A stretch of 64,000 bases of DNA from positions 3,840,001 through 3,904,000 of the forward strand of contig OY764159.1 in assembly GCA_963668175.1 (NCBI GenBank), read 5' to 3'. Positions 1-10,003 of this stretch are shown here, in pieces; the first letter of the stretch is position 1, and every line of letters starts with the position of its first letter. The DNA comes from Syntrophales bacterium. GTDB lineage: Bacteria; Desulfobacterota; Syntrophia; Syntrophales; PHBD01. Position numbers and translations under genes: made by a program. The notes under the pieces were generated by a model. That model did no database searches. It saw only the letters and a list, made by a program, of their open reading frames with translations, and was not told the origin of the DNA.

Positions 1-2580
1 TTCTGGAGGAAAGACGGCAGCCATTTCCCCGTCGAATATACGAGCACGCCGATCATGGAAAACGGGCGGCCGACAGGTGCCGTCCTGACCTTCAAGGACA
101 TTACCGATCGCATCCGGACTGAAAGAATGCTTCGTAAGGGTTTGGAACGGGGGAACGCCCTTCTGAAACTCTACGAAGAAGCCCCCAAACTGGATGAAAA
201 AGAACTCTACGATTTTGCCCTGGAGCTGGCAGTCAAGTTGACGGACAGCTCCATCGGCTTCTTTCATTTCGTCTCGGACGACCAGCAGAACGTCGTTTTA
301 ACGACATGGAACCAAGAGGCCCTTGAGAGCTGCTCTGCACCTTTTGAAACGCATTATCCTATAGATCAAGCAGGCAACTGGACCGATTGCATCCGTCTGA
401 AAAAACCTGTCGTCTATAACGAATTCTCCAGCGCTCCCAATAGAAAGGGGCTGCCGGAAGGGCACATACGCATTGAAAGGTTCATGTCCATTCCCGTGCT
501 GGAGAAAGGAAAGGTTTTGATCATCTTCGGCGTCGGCAACAAGGCGGAACCGTACGACGATCACGACGTTCTCCAAATACAGCTTGTGGCGAACGAACTT
601 CACAAAATCATGCGGCAGCGCAAATCCGATCAGTTTCTGAGAGAAAGCGAGGAACTTCATCGAATGCTGGCGGAAAAATCCATGGCCGGGGTTTATATCG
701 TCCAAAACTCCAAATTTAAATTTCTCAATGCCAATGCCGCATCCTACGCCGGTTACCTTCCGGAAGAGCTGATCGGCCGCGATGCGATGTTGATCATTCA
801 TTCCGAAGACCGGACGAAAGTGAAGGAAAACGCCGCCGCCATGCTCAAGGGGGAGAGGATGGCTCCTTATGAATTCAGGATCATGTGCAAAGACGGAAGC
901 GCGCGGTGGATCATGGAATCGGTAACCCATATCCAATACGAGGGCAAGCAGGCCGTTCTCGGCAACTCCATGGACATCACGGAGATTATCCTCGCCAAGC
1001 ATGAGTTGGACTCCAGGAAGGCCCTCGAACTATCCATTCTGGACGCCATCCCTCATGCCGTGATCGGTCTTGAGAACCGCAAGATCATCTTTGCCAACAG
1101 CCATGTGAAAGAAACGTTCGGATGGTCGCCCGAAGAGTTAATCGGCAAGTATACGAGGGTTCTATACAAAAACGATGAAGACTACGAAGAGATAGGCCGA
1201 TCCATCTATCCTGTTTTATTAAAACAGAGGACCTACAGCATGGAGTGCATTTGCCGCCGTAAGGACGAACAGGATATCGTATGTCTCCTGAACGGGGCGG
1301 TGATAGGAGAAGCGCTCGTCGACGGAAGAGTCGTCGTGGTCTATGAGGATATAACGGCCTTAAAACGGACCGAGAACGAAAGCCGTAAAATGGAAGCACA
1401 ACTCAGGCAGGCCCAGAAAATGGAGGCACTGGGAACCCTGGCAGGAGGGATCGCCCATGACTTTAACAATATCCTTGGAGGCATCATCGGTTATGCCGAG
1501 CTCTACAAAGATCAGGTACACGATCGTCCCAATGTGTATCATGGCATCGAAGAGGTGCTGAACGCATCCAACCGTGCCAAGGATCTCGTCCAGCAGATAC
1601 TCACATTCAGCCGTCAACGAGAGCAGGAACGTGTTCCTATCAAGCTGTCGCCGATTGTTAAAGAGGTTACAAAATTCATGAGAGCGTCTCTCCCGGCAAC
1701 GATTCAGATAAGGCATCATATCGATGCAAAGTGGGACAAAATCACGGCCGATGCGACCCAGATTCACCAAGTGCTCACGAATCTCTGCACAAACGCCGGA
1801 CACGCCATGAAGGACGCCGGGGGTATATTGGAGATCACGCTGGAACAAATCGACATCAGCGGTAACAATATGTTTAATCTGAGGTCATTGCAGCCCGTGC
1901 CTCATCTTAAGCTGACGGTTTCGGACACCGGCTGCGGCATTACGGAGGAAAATCTCGAGAGGATATTCGAACCGTACTTCACAACCAAGGAAATCGGGGA
2001 AGGGACAGGCCTCGGACTTGCCGTCGTTCACGGAATTATCAAGAGTCACGGCGGTGAAATCAAGGTTTACAGCGAAGTCGGCAAGGGAACGAAATTTCAT
2101 GTGTACATACCCCTGTTGAAAGAACAGACGGGAACCGATCAAGCGGCTCAACCGACTCCCTTGCCCAGAGGAAAAGAAATAATCCTTTTTGTGGATGACG
2201 AAAAGATGCTCGCACAAGTGGGAAAATTATCATTGGAAAAGCTTGGTTACGAAGTCGTTGCCGAAACGGACCCCATCAAGGCCGTTGATCTGTTCAAAGA
2301 GGAAAAGGATCGCTTCGATTTGGTCATAACGGACAAAACCATGCCTAAAATGACGGGGTTCGATCTGGCCAGGGACTTGAAAAGGATACGGCCCGATGTC
2401 CCCGTTATCCTGTGCTCGGGTTTTCAGGAGAAGACCGACGAAGCGGAACTTTCCGCCGCCGGCATAAGCCACTTCATCAGCAAACCGATTGATATCGGCA
2501 TAATGGCAAGAGCCATCCGCGCCGTTCTGAAAGAGAACAAGGATACATATCCCGTAGCCCGAACGGCCGAGAAGCACTAA
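1..2580 (+). CDS. Hybrid sensor histidine kinase (PAS-GAF-PAS-PAS-HisKA-HATPase-REC), 5' truncated
   Basis: Frame is open from base 1 ([16 protein letters not shown]-like). H-box IAHDFNN, N-box [15 protein letters not shown]2 GTGLGL, C-terminal receiver ([14 protein letters not shown]). Confidence 0.95.
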   Translation, partial: FWRKDGSHFPVEYTSTPIMENGRPTGAVLTFKDITDRIRTERMLRKGLERGNALLKLYEEAPKLDEKELYDFALELAVKLTDSSIGFFHFVSDDQQNVVLTTWNQEALESCSAPFETHYPIDQAGNWTDCIRLKKPVVYNEFSSAPNRKGLPEGHIRIERFMSIPVLEKGKVLIIFGVGNKAEPYDDHDVLQIQLVANELHKIMRQRKSDQFLRESEELHRMLAEKSMAGVYIVQNSKFKFLNANAASYAGYLPEELIGRDAMLIIHSEDRTKVKENAAAMLKGERMAPYEFRIMCKDGSARWIMESVTHIQYEGKQAVLGNSMDITEIILAKHELDSRKALELSILDAIPHAVIGLENRKIIFANSHVKETFGWSPEELIGKYTRVLYKNDEDYEEIGRSIYPVLLKQRTYSMECICRRKDEQDIVCLLNGAVIGEALVDGRVVVVYEDITALKRTENESRKMEAQLRQAQKMEALGTLAGGIAHDFNNILGGIIGYAELYKDQVHDRPNVYHGIEEVLNASNRAKDLVQQILTFSRQREQERVPIKLSPIVKEVTKFMRASLPATIQIRHHIDAKWDKITADATQIHQVLTNLCTNAGHAMKDAGGILEITLEQIDISGNNMFNLRSLQPVPHLKLTVSDTGCGITEENLERIFEPYFTTKEIGEGTGLGLAVVHGIIKSHGGEIKVYSEVGKGTKFHVYIPLLKEQTGTDQAAQPTPLPRGKEIILFVDDEKMLAQVGKLSLEKLGYEVVAETDPIKAVDLFKEEKDRFDLVITDKTMPKMTGFDLARDLKRIRPDVPVILCSGFQEKTDEAELSAAGISHFISKPIDIGIMARAIRAVLKENKDTYPVARTAEKH

Positions 2581-2763
2581 TGGTTCTCGCATCGCAAGAT
2601 CGAAACCATAGCCAAATCTTTGACTTAACACCGGAGATACCGAGCGGATTTCAGGCAACACCTATCCCTCAGGCCTATTCGGTCGGAAGAACAGGTCTTT
2701 AGGTGCGGGGGAACACGACGTTCTTTGACCGCGTTCAGTTATGTATCTTCACAGGAAAGATTG

Positions 2764-3978
2764 CTAAAGGACGCCTTCTTCCTTCAGTTGTTTCACTTCT
2801 TCCTTGTCGATATTAAGATATTTTTTCAGGATCGCCTCGTTGTGTTCGCCGACCAATGGCGACGGCCGATCGATTGAACCGGGTGTCTCCGACATCTTAA
2901 ACGGCATCCCGGGAACTCTTGCCTTGCCGATAATCGAGTGATCGACCTCCACGAAGTAACCGCGTTCCTTGAGATGGGGATCTTCGGCAACCTCCTTGAT
3001 GTTGAGGATGCGGGACGTAGCTACGCGTCCGTTCTCCATCATCTTCTCCACCTCGTTGACCGTCATGTCGGCGGTGATCTTTTCGATCTGTTCCTGAAGG
3101 ATGTGCCTCTTGGCCCAGCGGAGTTTCTTGTTGGCGTACCCCGGGTCTTCGATCCACTCCGGCTTGCCCAGGGCCCGGCAGAACCGATGCCAGTGCTCGT
3201 CGCCCACCGTACAGATGATAATATAGCCGTCCTTGCACTGATAGGCCTGCATGGGCGCATCGTTCGGGTTGGCGGAACCGATCGGTCCCATGACTTCGCC
3301 GCCGATGGTATAACGCACGATGGCGTTTTCCAGAATCGAGATCATGGCCTCCTGCATGGAAAGATCGATATGCTGGCCTTGCCCCGTCCGCTGCCTGTTC
3401 CAGAGGGCGAGCATGGCGGCGAATGCTCCGTGAACCCCCGCATTCACATCGCCGAGGGATGTTCCTGCTTTCGTCGGAGGACAGTTCGGGTGCCCGGTCA
3501 GGGAGATGAAACCGCTCATCGCCTGGGCAACGACGTCGAAGGCCATTTTGCTCGCATAAGGGCCGTTCTGGCCGAATCCGCTGATACTGACCAGAATAAT
3601 ACGCGGATTGAGATCGCGAAGCTTCGGATAGTCTATTCCCAGCTTCTTCATAACGCCGGGCGTGTAATTCTCGACGACAATATCCGCTTTTTTAACCAAA
3701 TCATTGAAAATCTTGAGACCCTTCGGGCTTTTAAGATTCAAGGTCATTCCATACTTATTGCGATTGAGACCGAGAAAATAGCCGCTCCTGTTCCGCTCAT
3801 TCGGTCCGCCTTTCCCGTTCTCCACCCAAGGGGGGTTATCCCTCATGGGCTCGCCCCCGAGAGGTTCGATCTTAATGATTTCCGCTCCGTAATCGCCCAA
3901 CAGCGTCGTGCAATACGGACCTGCGTAGAATCTCGTCAAATCGAGAACTACAATACCTTCCAATGCTTTCGATGACAT
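2764..3978 (-). CDS. CaiB/BaiF family III CoA-transferase
   Basis: LEGIVVLDLTRFYAGPY, VENYTPG, SISGFGQNGP, LGD catalytic Asp region. GGAGGAG RBS precedes ATG at 3978. Confidence 0.93.
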   Translation of the reverse strand: MSSKALEGIVVLDLTRFYAGPYCTTLLGDYGAEIIKIEPLGGEPMRDNPPWVENGKGGPNERNRSGYFLGLNRNKYGMTLNLKSPKGLKIFNDLVKKADIVVENYTPGVMKKLGIDYPKLRDLNPRIILVSISGFGQNGPYASKMAFDVVAQAMSGFISLTGHPNCPPTKAGTSLGDVNAGVHGAFAAMLALWNRQRTGQGQHIDLSMQEAMISILENAIVRYTIGGEVMGPIGSANPNDAPMQAYQCKDGYIIICTVGDEHWHRFCRALGKPEWIEDPGYANKKLRWAKRHILQEQIEKITADMTVNEVEKMMENGRVATSRILNIKEVAEDPHLKERGYFVEVDHSIIGKARVPGMPFKMSETPGSIDRPSPLVGEHNEAILKKYLNIDKEEVKQLKEEGVL

Positions 3979-4018
3979 AAACTCCTCCATGGACCATAGA
4001 TTTTATTCAAAAAGCAGC

Positions 4019-4103
4019 AGACCCAAAAACAAATGAGAGATGGATCAGATTGCCAGAAGAATCAGAGCATGCAATCATCGATCCATCTCTCGGGGGTCTT
4101 GCT
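4019..4103. other. Long interrupted intergenic stem-loop
   Basis: GAGAGATGGATC (4035-4046) pairs with GATCCATCTCTC (4080-4091). Inner GATTGC/GCAATC and outer AGACCC/GGGTCT also pair. Confidence 0.75.
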
Positions 4104-4130
4104 ATCTTTTTTCTCTTCACTGTAAATTCA

Positions 4131-5354
4131 TCATCCGCCGCCGCCCATCAGCTTAATCGTTTCCTCGACGGCCTTTTCCGCAAATATAGCATCGTTGATA
4201 TGGGCATCGATCTCTTTCACTACGACATTGCTCCGCAGGTAACTTTTGATGGCCTTGATGAAGGTCGCATCCCGCTCGGGATCGCACAGCGGTTCACCCT
4301 CATGGCAATACATCGAAAAGCCTTTCAGTGGAATGAGCAGCAATACAGGGCCTTTTGCCTTGTTGAGCTTCTCGGCCATTACGCCGGCGATCCGTTCCAT
4401 CTCTTCAGGCGTGGTGCTTACAAGGGAACAGGCGGGATTGAATTTATACTTCTTACGCTGTTTGAATTCAGGGGCCAGGTTGTCGATCGGGCCCTTGAGA
4501 ATAAAGTCGACGCATCCCGGCACGACAACCTGGGGAATACCTTTCCTGGCGGCGGCCTCCAACCTGCTCGGCCCGCCGGCGTGAAAGCCGTCATAGAGCC
4601 AATCGGTAATCTCGTGGGTCGTCAAATCGAAAACGCCGTTGAAGAGCCCCTGTTCGATCAACTCTTCCATGCACATCCCGCCCGTGCCGTTGGGATGGAA
4701 GACGACAACCTCATAACCCTTCTCTTCGAACTTCTGTTTGGCCACCATGGCGGCCGGCGTCGTGTTGCCGTACATCGTCATTGCAACGACTTTCTTACCC
4801 TCAAGCTTGGTGCTCACATCCATGTCCAACATACCGCAGATGGCCCCGACAGCCGTTTTGAAGACCTTGCGGCTCACTTCGTTGACACCGAAGATATCGA
4901 TGACGGAATGCATGATGACCATATCGCTTGTGCCGACAAAATCCCCGAACGTCTGTTTTCCCTGGGCGACGGGGGTGAGCAGAAACTTCGGCACACCCAG
5001 GGGAAGCGCCCGCATGGCGCCCGACGCAAGAAGCGCGCCGTCGAACCCCCCCAGTGTCATGATCGCCTGAAATCTACCCTCATTATACAGCTGGCTTACG
5101 ACTTTGACAATGCCGGGAATCATTGTTTCGATGGCTTCCCCGCGCCCCATGGCCGAAAGGGTTTCCATGTCGATCTTCGCGGCCTCCAGAAGAACGTTCC
5201 TGCTGACATCGCAGCAGATGCCTTCTCCCGAGCCCCGCAGACTCATGTCCAGCACCATCGCCTGTGTTCCCTTTGTCTCCAGCTGTTCTTTGATGTAATT
5301 GACTTCCGCCCCCTTCGTATCGAGGGTCGCCATGATCAGGACTGTCTTTCCCAT
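4131..5354 (-). CDS. Tm-1-like ATP-binding domain protein (UPF0261)
   Basis: TLDTKGAE, MRALPLGVPK, MHSVIDIFGVN, TMYGNTTP, FHPNGTGG, DLTTHEI, DAHIND motifs; 407 aa. Confidence 0.9.
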   Translation of the reverse strand: MGKTVLIMATLDTKGAEVNYIKEQLETKGTQAMVLDMSLRGSGEGICCDVSRNVLLEAAKIDMETLSAMGRGEAIETMIPGIVKVVSQLYNEGRFQAIMTLGGFDGALLASGAMRALPLGVPKFLLTPVAQGKQTFGDFVGTSDMVIMHSVIDIFGVNEVSRKVFKTAVGAICGMLDMDVSTKLEGKKVVAMTMYGNTTPAAMVAKQKFEEKGYEVVVFHPNGTGGMCMEELIEQGLFNGVFDLTTHEITDWLYDGFHAGGPSRLEAAARKGIPQVVVPGCVDFILKGPIDNLAPEFKQRKKYKFNPACSLVSTTPEEMERIAGVMAEKLNKAKGPVLLLIPLKGFSMYCHEGEPLCDPERDATFIKAIKSYLRSNVVVKEIDAHINDAIFAEKAVEETIKLMGGGG

Positions 5355-5398
5355 AACATTACTCCAATCTCACCACGCCGCCTGCCACTTCTCCGGCC

Positions 5399-6700
5399 TT
5401 ACAACAGAAAAGTGATGATTTGCGGGAAGACCATCATGAGGGGCATTCCCACGCACATGATGATGAAATAGACCATCGAACCGGCGAACACGTCCTCCAG
5501 GGAAACATCCGGCTCCGCCACGGCCTTGACGGTGAAGACGGACAGACCGAAGGGCGGCGTGATGATTCCGATCTGCGAGGCGTAGATCATGAACACGGCA
5601 AAGAAATAAGGATCGATCCCCAACTCGGTGATGATAGGATGGAGGATCGGTATCGTGATGGTCAGCATGGACGTCGAATCCATCAGGCAGCCGAGGATCA
5701 GGTACACGAAGGCCAAAATGGACAACAGGACGTAATTGTTCAGCTGGGCCTCGACAATGGCCTGAACGACGGCGTCGCTGAGGCCCGTCACTACGAGATA
5801 GCGGGAGAAGACACAGGCACCGGCCATGGTGAGAAAGATCATCGCCGATGTCGTCGCCGTCTCCTTGATCCCGTCGACGATATGGGGAATGCACGCCTTC
5901 TTCATCGTCACGATGAGGAGGATCAGGATGACCACCGTGGCCACCGCGGAGGCCTCCGTGGGACTGAAAATACCGCCGAAGATGCCGCCGAAGATAACGA
6001 CCGCGGTCACGATGACCGGCCAGAAGCTCGGGATGGTCGCGAGTTTCTGCTTGAACGTATAGTCGGGCATTTCCTGGGGTGCGATCCGGTCCGGACGATA
6101 ACGGGCCGTATAATAGACGTGGATGCACATGAGGGCCGTGAGCATAAGTCCCGGTCCGATGCCGCCCAAAAGGAGCTTGCCGACGGAAAGGCCGGTCAGG
6201 ATGCCGTAGATGACCGCCAGGATGCTCGGGGGGATGAGCATGCCGATCATGCCCGCCGACGCCGTAATACCGTAGGCGATCTTCTTATCGTAGCCGTGTC
6301 GCCTCATCTCCGGCGAGCTGACCTTGGCGAAGACCGCCGCTGTGACGATGGACGACCCGCATACGGCGCCGAAAGCGGCACAGCCGAGAATCGTGGCGAT
6401 GCCGAGGCTGCCGCGGATCTTCCCGGTCCAGACGAGCAAGCCGTCGTAGAGCCGTTTGCTGATGCCGCCCGCCGCGCCCCAGAGCCCCATGAGGATGAAG
6501 AGGGGCAGCGTAACGAGGGCGTAGTTGGCGTTGTTGAAATACATGCTGCTCGTGGCGAGGTTGAAGGCATTGTCCAATCCCATGAGCAGCGCCATGCCCC
6601 CTATCCCGACGATGCCCAGGGCGATGCCGACGTGCACGCCGACAGCAATTAAAATCAAGAGGACGAATATCCCCGTAATACCGATGGCCATTGGGTCCAT
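5399..6700 (-). CDS. dctM: TRAP transporter large permease
   Basis: Highly hydrophobic 433 aa; LPLFILMG, GMLIPPS, FSPTEA, ITPPFG motifs. Confidence 0.95.
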   Translation of the reverse strand: MDPMAIGITGIFVLLILIAVGVHVGIALGIVGIGGMALLMGLDNAFNLATSSMYFNNANYALVTLPLFILMGLWGAAGGISKRLYDGLLVWTGKIRGSLGIATILGCAAFGAVCGSSIVTAAVFAKVSSPEMRRHGYDKKIAYGITASAGMIGMLIPPSILAVIYGILTGLSVGKLLLGGIGPGLMLTALMCIHVYYTARYRPDRIAPQEMPDYTFKQKLATIPSFWPVIVTAVVIFGGIFGGIFSPTEASAVATVVILILLIVTMKKACIPHIVDGIKETATTSAMIFLTMAGACVFSRYLVVTGLSDAVVQAIVEAQLNNYVLLSILAFVYLILGCLMDSTSMLTITIPILHPIITELGIDPYFFAVFMIYASQIGIITPPFGLSVFTVKAVAEPDVSLEDVFAGSMVYFIIMCVGMPLMMVFPQIITFLL

Positions 6701-6714
6701 ATTGAAGATCCTCC

Positions 6715-7245
6715 TTATAATGCACTAGAACGGCCGGATAGACTCAGGACCGTGTCTAAGAAATTGACGATGTACTGGAGCGTGAAAAACAGGAAGCCCA
6801 GCGGCATGGCGAATTTGCCCACATACCAGGGCAGCTTGATGACGGCGAGCATCTCTTCGCGAATCTCTAACGAGTGCATGAAGAAATCCCAGGCGTAATA
6901 GGTCACCATCGCGCAGAAACCGGCCCCGAGGACGGCGGCGAACAAATCGAAGTAGGGTTTTGCACCCTTGGGAATGTATTCGAAAAGGACGGTGACGCGG
7001 ATATGCAGCCCCAGCGAAAGGGTGTAGCCCAGGGTAAGAAATACGATGTACGCCATGAGAAGTTCCGACACCTCGACGGTGGCCGGAAGCGGAGCGTTGA
7101 AGGCAAACCGGGAGAACACGTCGTAAACGATCATGAACGTCAGGATCACAAGGGCGATCCCCGTAAGCAGATTGAGGACGTTGTCGATGTATCCGAGAAC
7201 TTTTTTAACAGGTTGTAAAAAGTTTGCAGTTTCGTTTTGAGTCAT
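6715..7245 (-). CDS. dctQ: TRAP transporter small permease
   Basis: About four TM segments with DVFSR, EVSE and HIRV motifs; lies between dctP and dctM. GAAGGAG RBS precedes ATG at 7245. Confidence 0.92.
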   Translation of the reverse strand: MTQNETANFLQPVKKVLGYIDNVLNLLTGIALVILTFMIVYDVFSRFAFNAPLPATVEVSELLMAYIVFLTLGYTLSLGLHIRVTVLFEYIPKGAKPYFDLFAAVLGAGFCAMVTYYAWDFFMHSLEIREEMLAVIKLPWYVGKFAMPLGFLFFTLQYIVNFLDTVLSLSGRSSAL

Positions 7246-7306
7246 CTTATTTACTCCTTCTCCAATGATGGGGGGAGACGGATAGCTGCGGCGCATACGG
7301 CTCAGA

Positions 7307-7340
7307 GTGCGGCGGTGTCGCAAAAGGCCCGCCGCCGCAC
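7307..7340 (-). other. GC-rich stem-loop between dctP and dctQ (probable mRNA stabiliser or partial terminator)
   Basis: GTGCGGCGG (7307-7315) / CCGCCGCAC (7332-7340) perfect 9-bp inverted repeat. Confidence 0.6.
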
Positions 7341-7385
7341 CCGTCAACCAACAATACGGAGAGCAACGAATCCCGATTCAGACTG

Positions 7386-8459
7386 TTATTTCTTGACCCC
7401 CCATTGCCGTATCCATTTGTGTCCCATGCCGGCGGTGATTTCCTGATACCGCTTCACGATTTCCCAGCCGGGATATCCCATGGCCGTCACTTCGGCGGCC
7501 CACTCGGCCGGTGTGTCCGGACAGGCCTGGGCCCACTTCTTGCGGTCCGCTTCCGACATCTTGACGAACGTATAATTGGGCGTCTTCTTCCAGTCCGCAA
7601 AGATCTTCTTTTCCCAAGCCGGGTTGATCTCCTTGGCGGCCATGATCTCCAGCTTCTTGCCCGACTCCAGCATGATCTTCTGCACATCGGGCGACATGCT
7701 CTTGAACTTGTTCAGGTTCATCCACGTGCCGACCCAGTTGGTCGTCAGCAGTTCGGGATGAAAAACATGCGGGGCCTGCTCGATGATCTTGAAGGCGTAC
7801 AGCAGGTCGGCCGTGTCCATCGCCATGTCGATAACGCCCGTCTGCATCATCGTATAGACTTCCGATCCGGGAGCCGCGACGGGCCCCATTCCCAGCGGGG
7901 TCAGCCACTTGCCGAAATAACGGCCGATGACCTTGCAGCGTTTTCCTTTCAACTGATCCAGGCTCGTGACTTTATCCTTCGTCAGGAAGACTTCCGTAAT
8001 ACCGGGGCTCTGGAACATCTTCACGATGTTGTTGCGCTCCATGTCCTTCCGGAACTGGGGGAACTCTTCATAAATCTGGCGCATCGCCTTGGTGAGAATG
8101 AGGGGATCGGTGGGGCCGAAGGGGAAGGCGTAATCGTAGTCTTCCAGAGGAAGATCCTTCGGCGTGTACCAGCCGTAACTGACCACGAGGTCGACAGCGC
8201 CGGTCTTCACGAGGGAAAGATGCTCGGCCGGCTTGCCGAGGGCGCCGCCGTAGTAATTCTTGAACGTTACCGCGCCGCCGGTCTGCTGTGTGACCATTTT
8301 TTCCCAGGCCACCAGATGGGCTGTCGCCAGAGAACTCTCAGGAGGCGGATAAGGAGTTGCGACTCTCAAGACGACGGACTTCGGGGCCGCCTGAACCGGA
8401 AGGGCGCATACGGCCATCATCAATACCGCACTGATAAACAGATAGATGCATTTTTTCAT
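7386..8459 (-). CDS. dctP: TRAP transporter substrate-binding protein
   Basis: Sec signal peptide (MKK...VQA); YYGGALG, GAVDL, LDQLKGKRCKV, EVYTMMQTGVID motifs. Confidence 0.93.
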   Translation of the reverse strand: MKKCIYLFISAVLMMAVCALPVQAAPKSVVLRVATPYPPPESSLATAHLVAWEKMVTQQTGGAVTFKNYYGGALGKPAEHLSLVKTGAVDLVVSYGWYTPKDLPLEDYDYAFPFGPTDPLILTKAMRQIYEEFPQFRKDMERNNIVKMFQSPGITEVFLTKDKVTSLDQLKGKRCKVIGRYFGKWLTPLGMGPVAAPGSEVYTMMQTGVIDMAMDTADLLYAFKIIEQAPHVFHPELLTTNWVGTWMNLNKFKSMSPDVQKIMLESGKKLEIMAAKEINPAWEKKIFADWKKTPNYTFVKMSEADRKKWAQACPDTPAEWAAEVTAMGYPGWEIVKRYQEITAGMGHKWIRQWGVKK

Positions 8460-8477
8460 GTCGATTTCCTTTCTCGA

Positions 8478-9410
8478 TCAGAAGGGTCTGTAGGTCCTGC
8501 TCCAGTACTCGCGATTCTTCACTTCACCCGTCTTGAACTTCTTGACGTCTTCAAGGAACTCCGCCATCAGCTTCGCCTTGGCGTACAGCATTCTCTTTCC
8601 CTTGTCCGCCGTTGCCACAAAGGGGTTGCCCGGACAGCCGATCAGGCCGTTGTCGCTGTATTCCTGATGTTCCATCGGAACCCAGGCCAGGTCCTTACCG
8701 TCCATCTTGATGTAAGGCGAGCCGTTGTTCTTCGTGTATTTCTTGCTCACGTCGGAGGCCCATTTCGGCGCGTGGGTGTAATCCTTCGTCGCCCGCTCGA
8801 TATGAACGATCTTCTTGCCGTAAAGCTGCTCGAAATAGAGGCATTCGGAGGCCTCGATCTCGCTGCCGTGCCAGCCGGGACATTCCTCGGGGGGACACTC
8901 GTAAATACCCTGGTCTTTGAAGAGATCCGGAGCGGCTTCCGCATCGTTCCTGACGCAGCAGACGAACGCGTTGGTCTCGTAACGCAGGGCGCGCATGGCC
9001 GGGTCGATCGCCTTCATGTTCGAGGTATGACCGGTGGCATAAACGAGCTTGTTGAACCCGTTGTGGATCAGGCAGCGGCCGATCTCGTAAATAATGTTCT
9101 GATAGGTGCTGGAACTGAAGGTGATGGTGCCCGAACCGATACCGGCCGGATGAAGATGCTGGGGGGAATAGCCGATCGGCATGGTCTGCACGTAGGGCAC
9201 ATTGGCCAGTTCGGCTGCAAGCTGGCAGGGAATTTCCGTGGCAATCGTGTCCGTACAGACCGGACAGTGCTTGCCGTGCTGCTCCGTACTACCGAGAGGG
9301 ATGATAACGACATCCGTCTCTTTCAGCCATTCCCGAACCTCGACATATGTGCAACGAAACAAATTGTAAATCTTTTCAACTTTTACTTCTTTTTTTTCTT
9401 CCCATTCCAT
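8478..9410 (-). CDS. Creatininase-family binuclear metal amidohydrolase
   Basis: IPLGSTEQHGKHCPVCTD (E,H,D ligands), GYSPQH, TGHTSN, WHGSEIE, ATADKG. Confidence 0.9.
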   Translation of the reverse strand: MEWEEKKEVKVEKIYNLFRCTYVEVREWLKETDVVIIPLGSTEQHGKHCPVCTDTIATEIPCQLAAELANVPYVQTMPIGYSPQHLHPAGIGSGTITFSSSTYQNIIYEIGRCLIHNGFNKLVYATGHTSNMKAIDPAMRALRYETNAFVCCVRNDAEAAPDLFKDQGIYECPPEECPGWHGSEIEASECLYFEQLYGKKIVHIERATKDYTHAPKWASDVSKKYTKNNGSPYIKMDGKDLAWVPMEHQEYSDNGLIGCPGNPFVATADKGKRMLYAKAKLMAEFLEDVKKFKTGEVKNREYWSRTYRPF

Positions 9411-9510
9411 GACACAAAACCTCCAATCAAATTTTCATTGAACTGTTTTCTCTTGCTTCTTGGAGAACGATCATCTTCACATTCGGGGCAACCCGATTTA
9501 TTCAATCTTG

Positions 9511-9981
9511 TCATGCTCCCGATTTTGAGAAGAACAGATTCATTCCCACGATGACAAACAGAAGTCCCGTCAACCGCAACCCCGTGATGGGAATCTTGGA
9601 CACTGCAAACCACCCCGTCGCGTCAAGGACGAGAGAGGCGGCAAACTGGCCGACGAGGATGGCCGAAAATGCCGCGGCGACCCCCATTTTGGGCGCCACG
9701 TAGATAACGCTGCCGACAAAGACGGCGGCAGCAACGCCGCCCAGATAGCTGTACCAGGGCGCACTGAACCATCCGCCTCCGGGGCTGGAATCTGAAAACC
9801 CGCTAACCACGGCCACAGCGACCAGGATGGTCAACAGTCCGACGGCAAAGGGGGCAATAACCGCCTTCAGGACGCCGACATGATGGCCCAGCAGAGAATT
9901 GAGGCTTCCTTCGACGGCTACGCATACGCCGCCTACAATACCTACGAGTACATACAGCATTGTTTGTGCGTCCATTTTCAT
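9511..9981 (-). CDS. DMT-superfamily small membrane protein (YdcZ/DUF606-like)
   Basis: About five TMs; GSLNSLL, PWYSYLGG, GQFAASLVLD motifs. Confidence 0.85.
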   Translation of the reverse strand: MKMDAQTMLYVLVGIVGGVCVAVEGSLNSLLGHHVGVLKAVIAPFAVGLLTILVAVAVVSGFSDSSPGGGWFSAPWYSYLGGVAAAVFVGSVIYVAPKMGVAAAFSAILVGQFAASLVLDATGWFAVSKIPITGLRLTGLLFVIVGMNLFFSKSGA

Positions 9982-10003
9982 CCCTTCGTCTCCCTGTTTT
10001 CCG

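Noticed and set aside
8478..9410. Mycofactocin peptidase MftE or a true creatininase
   Set aside because: No mftABC genes or creatine-pathway genes nearby; only a family-level call is supported.
7404..9554. 716-aa plus-strand ORF and similar long ORFs (4050-5471, 15807-17498, 16574-18178, 24698-26095, 37358-38689, 42436-44019, 61370-62557)
   Set aside because: Antisense or alternate-frame shadows of well-supported genes in GC-rich, codon-biased DNA; no recognisable motifs.
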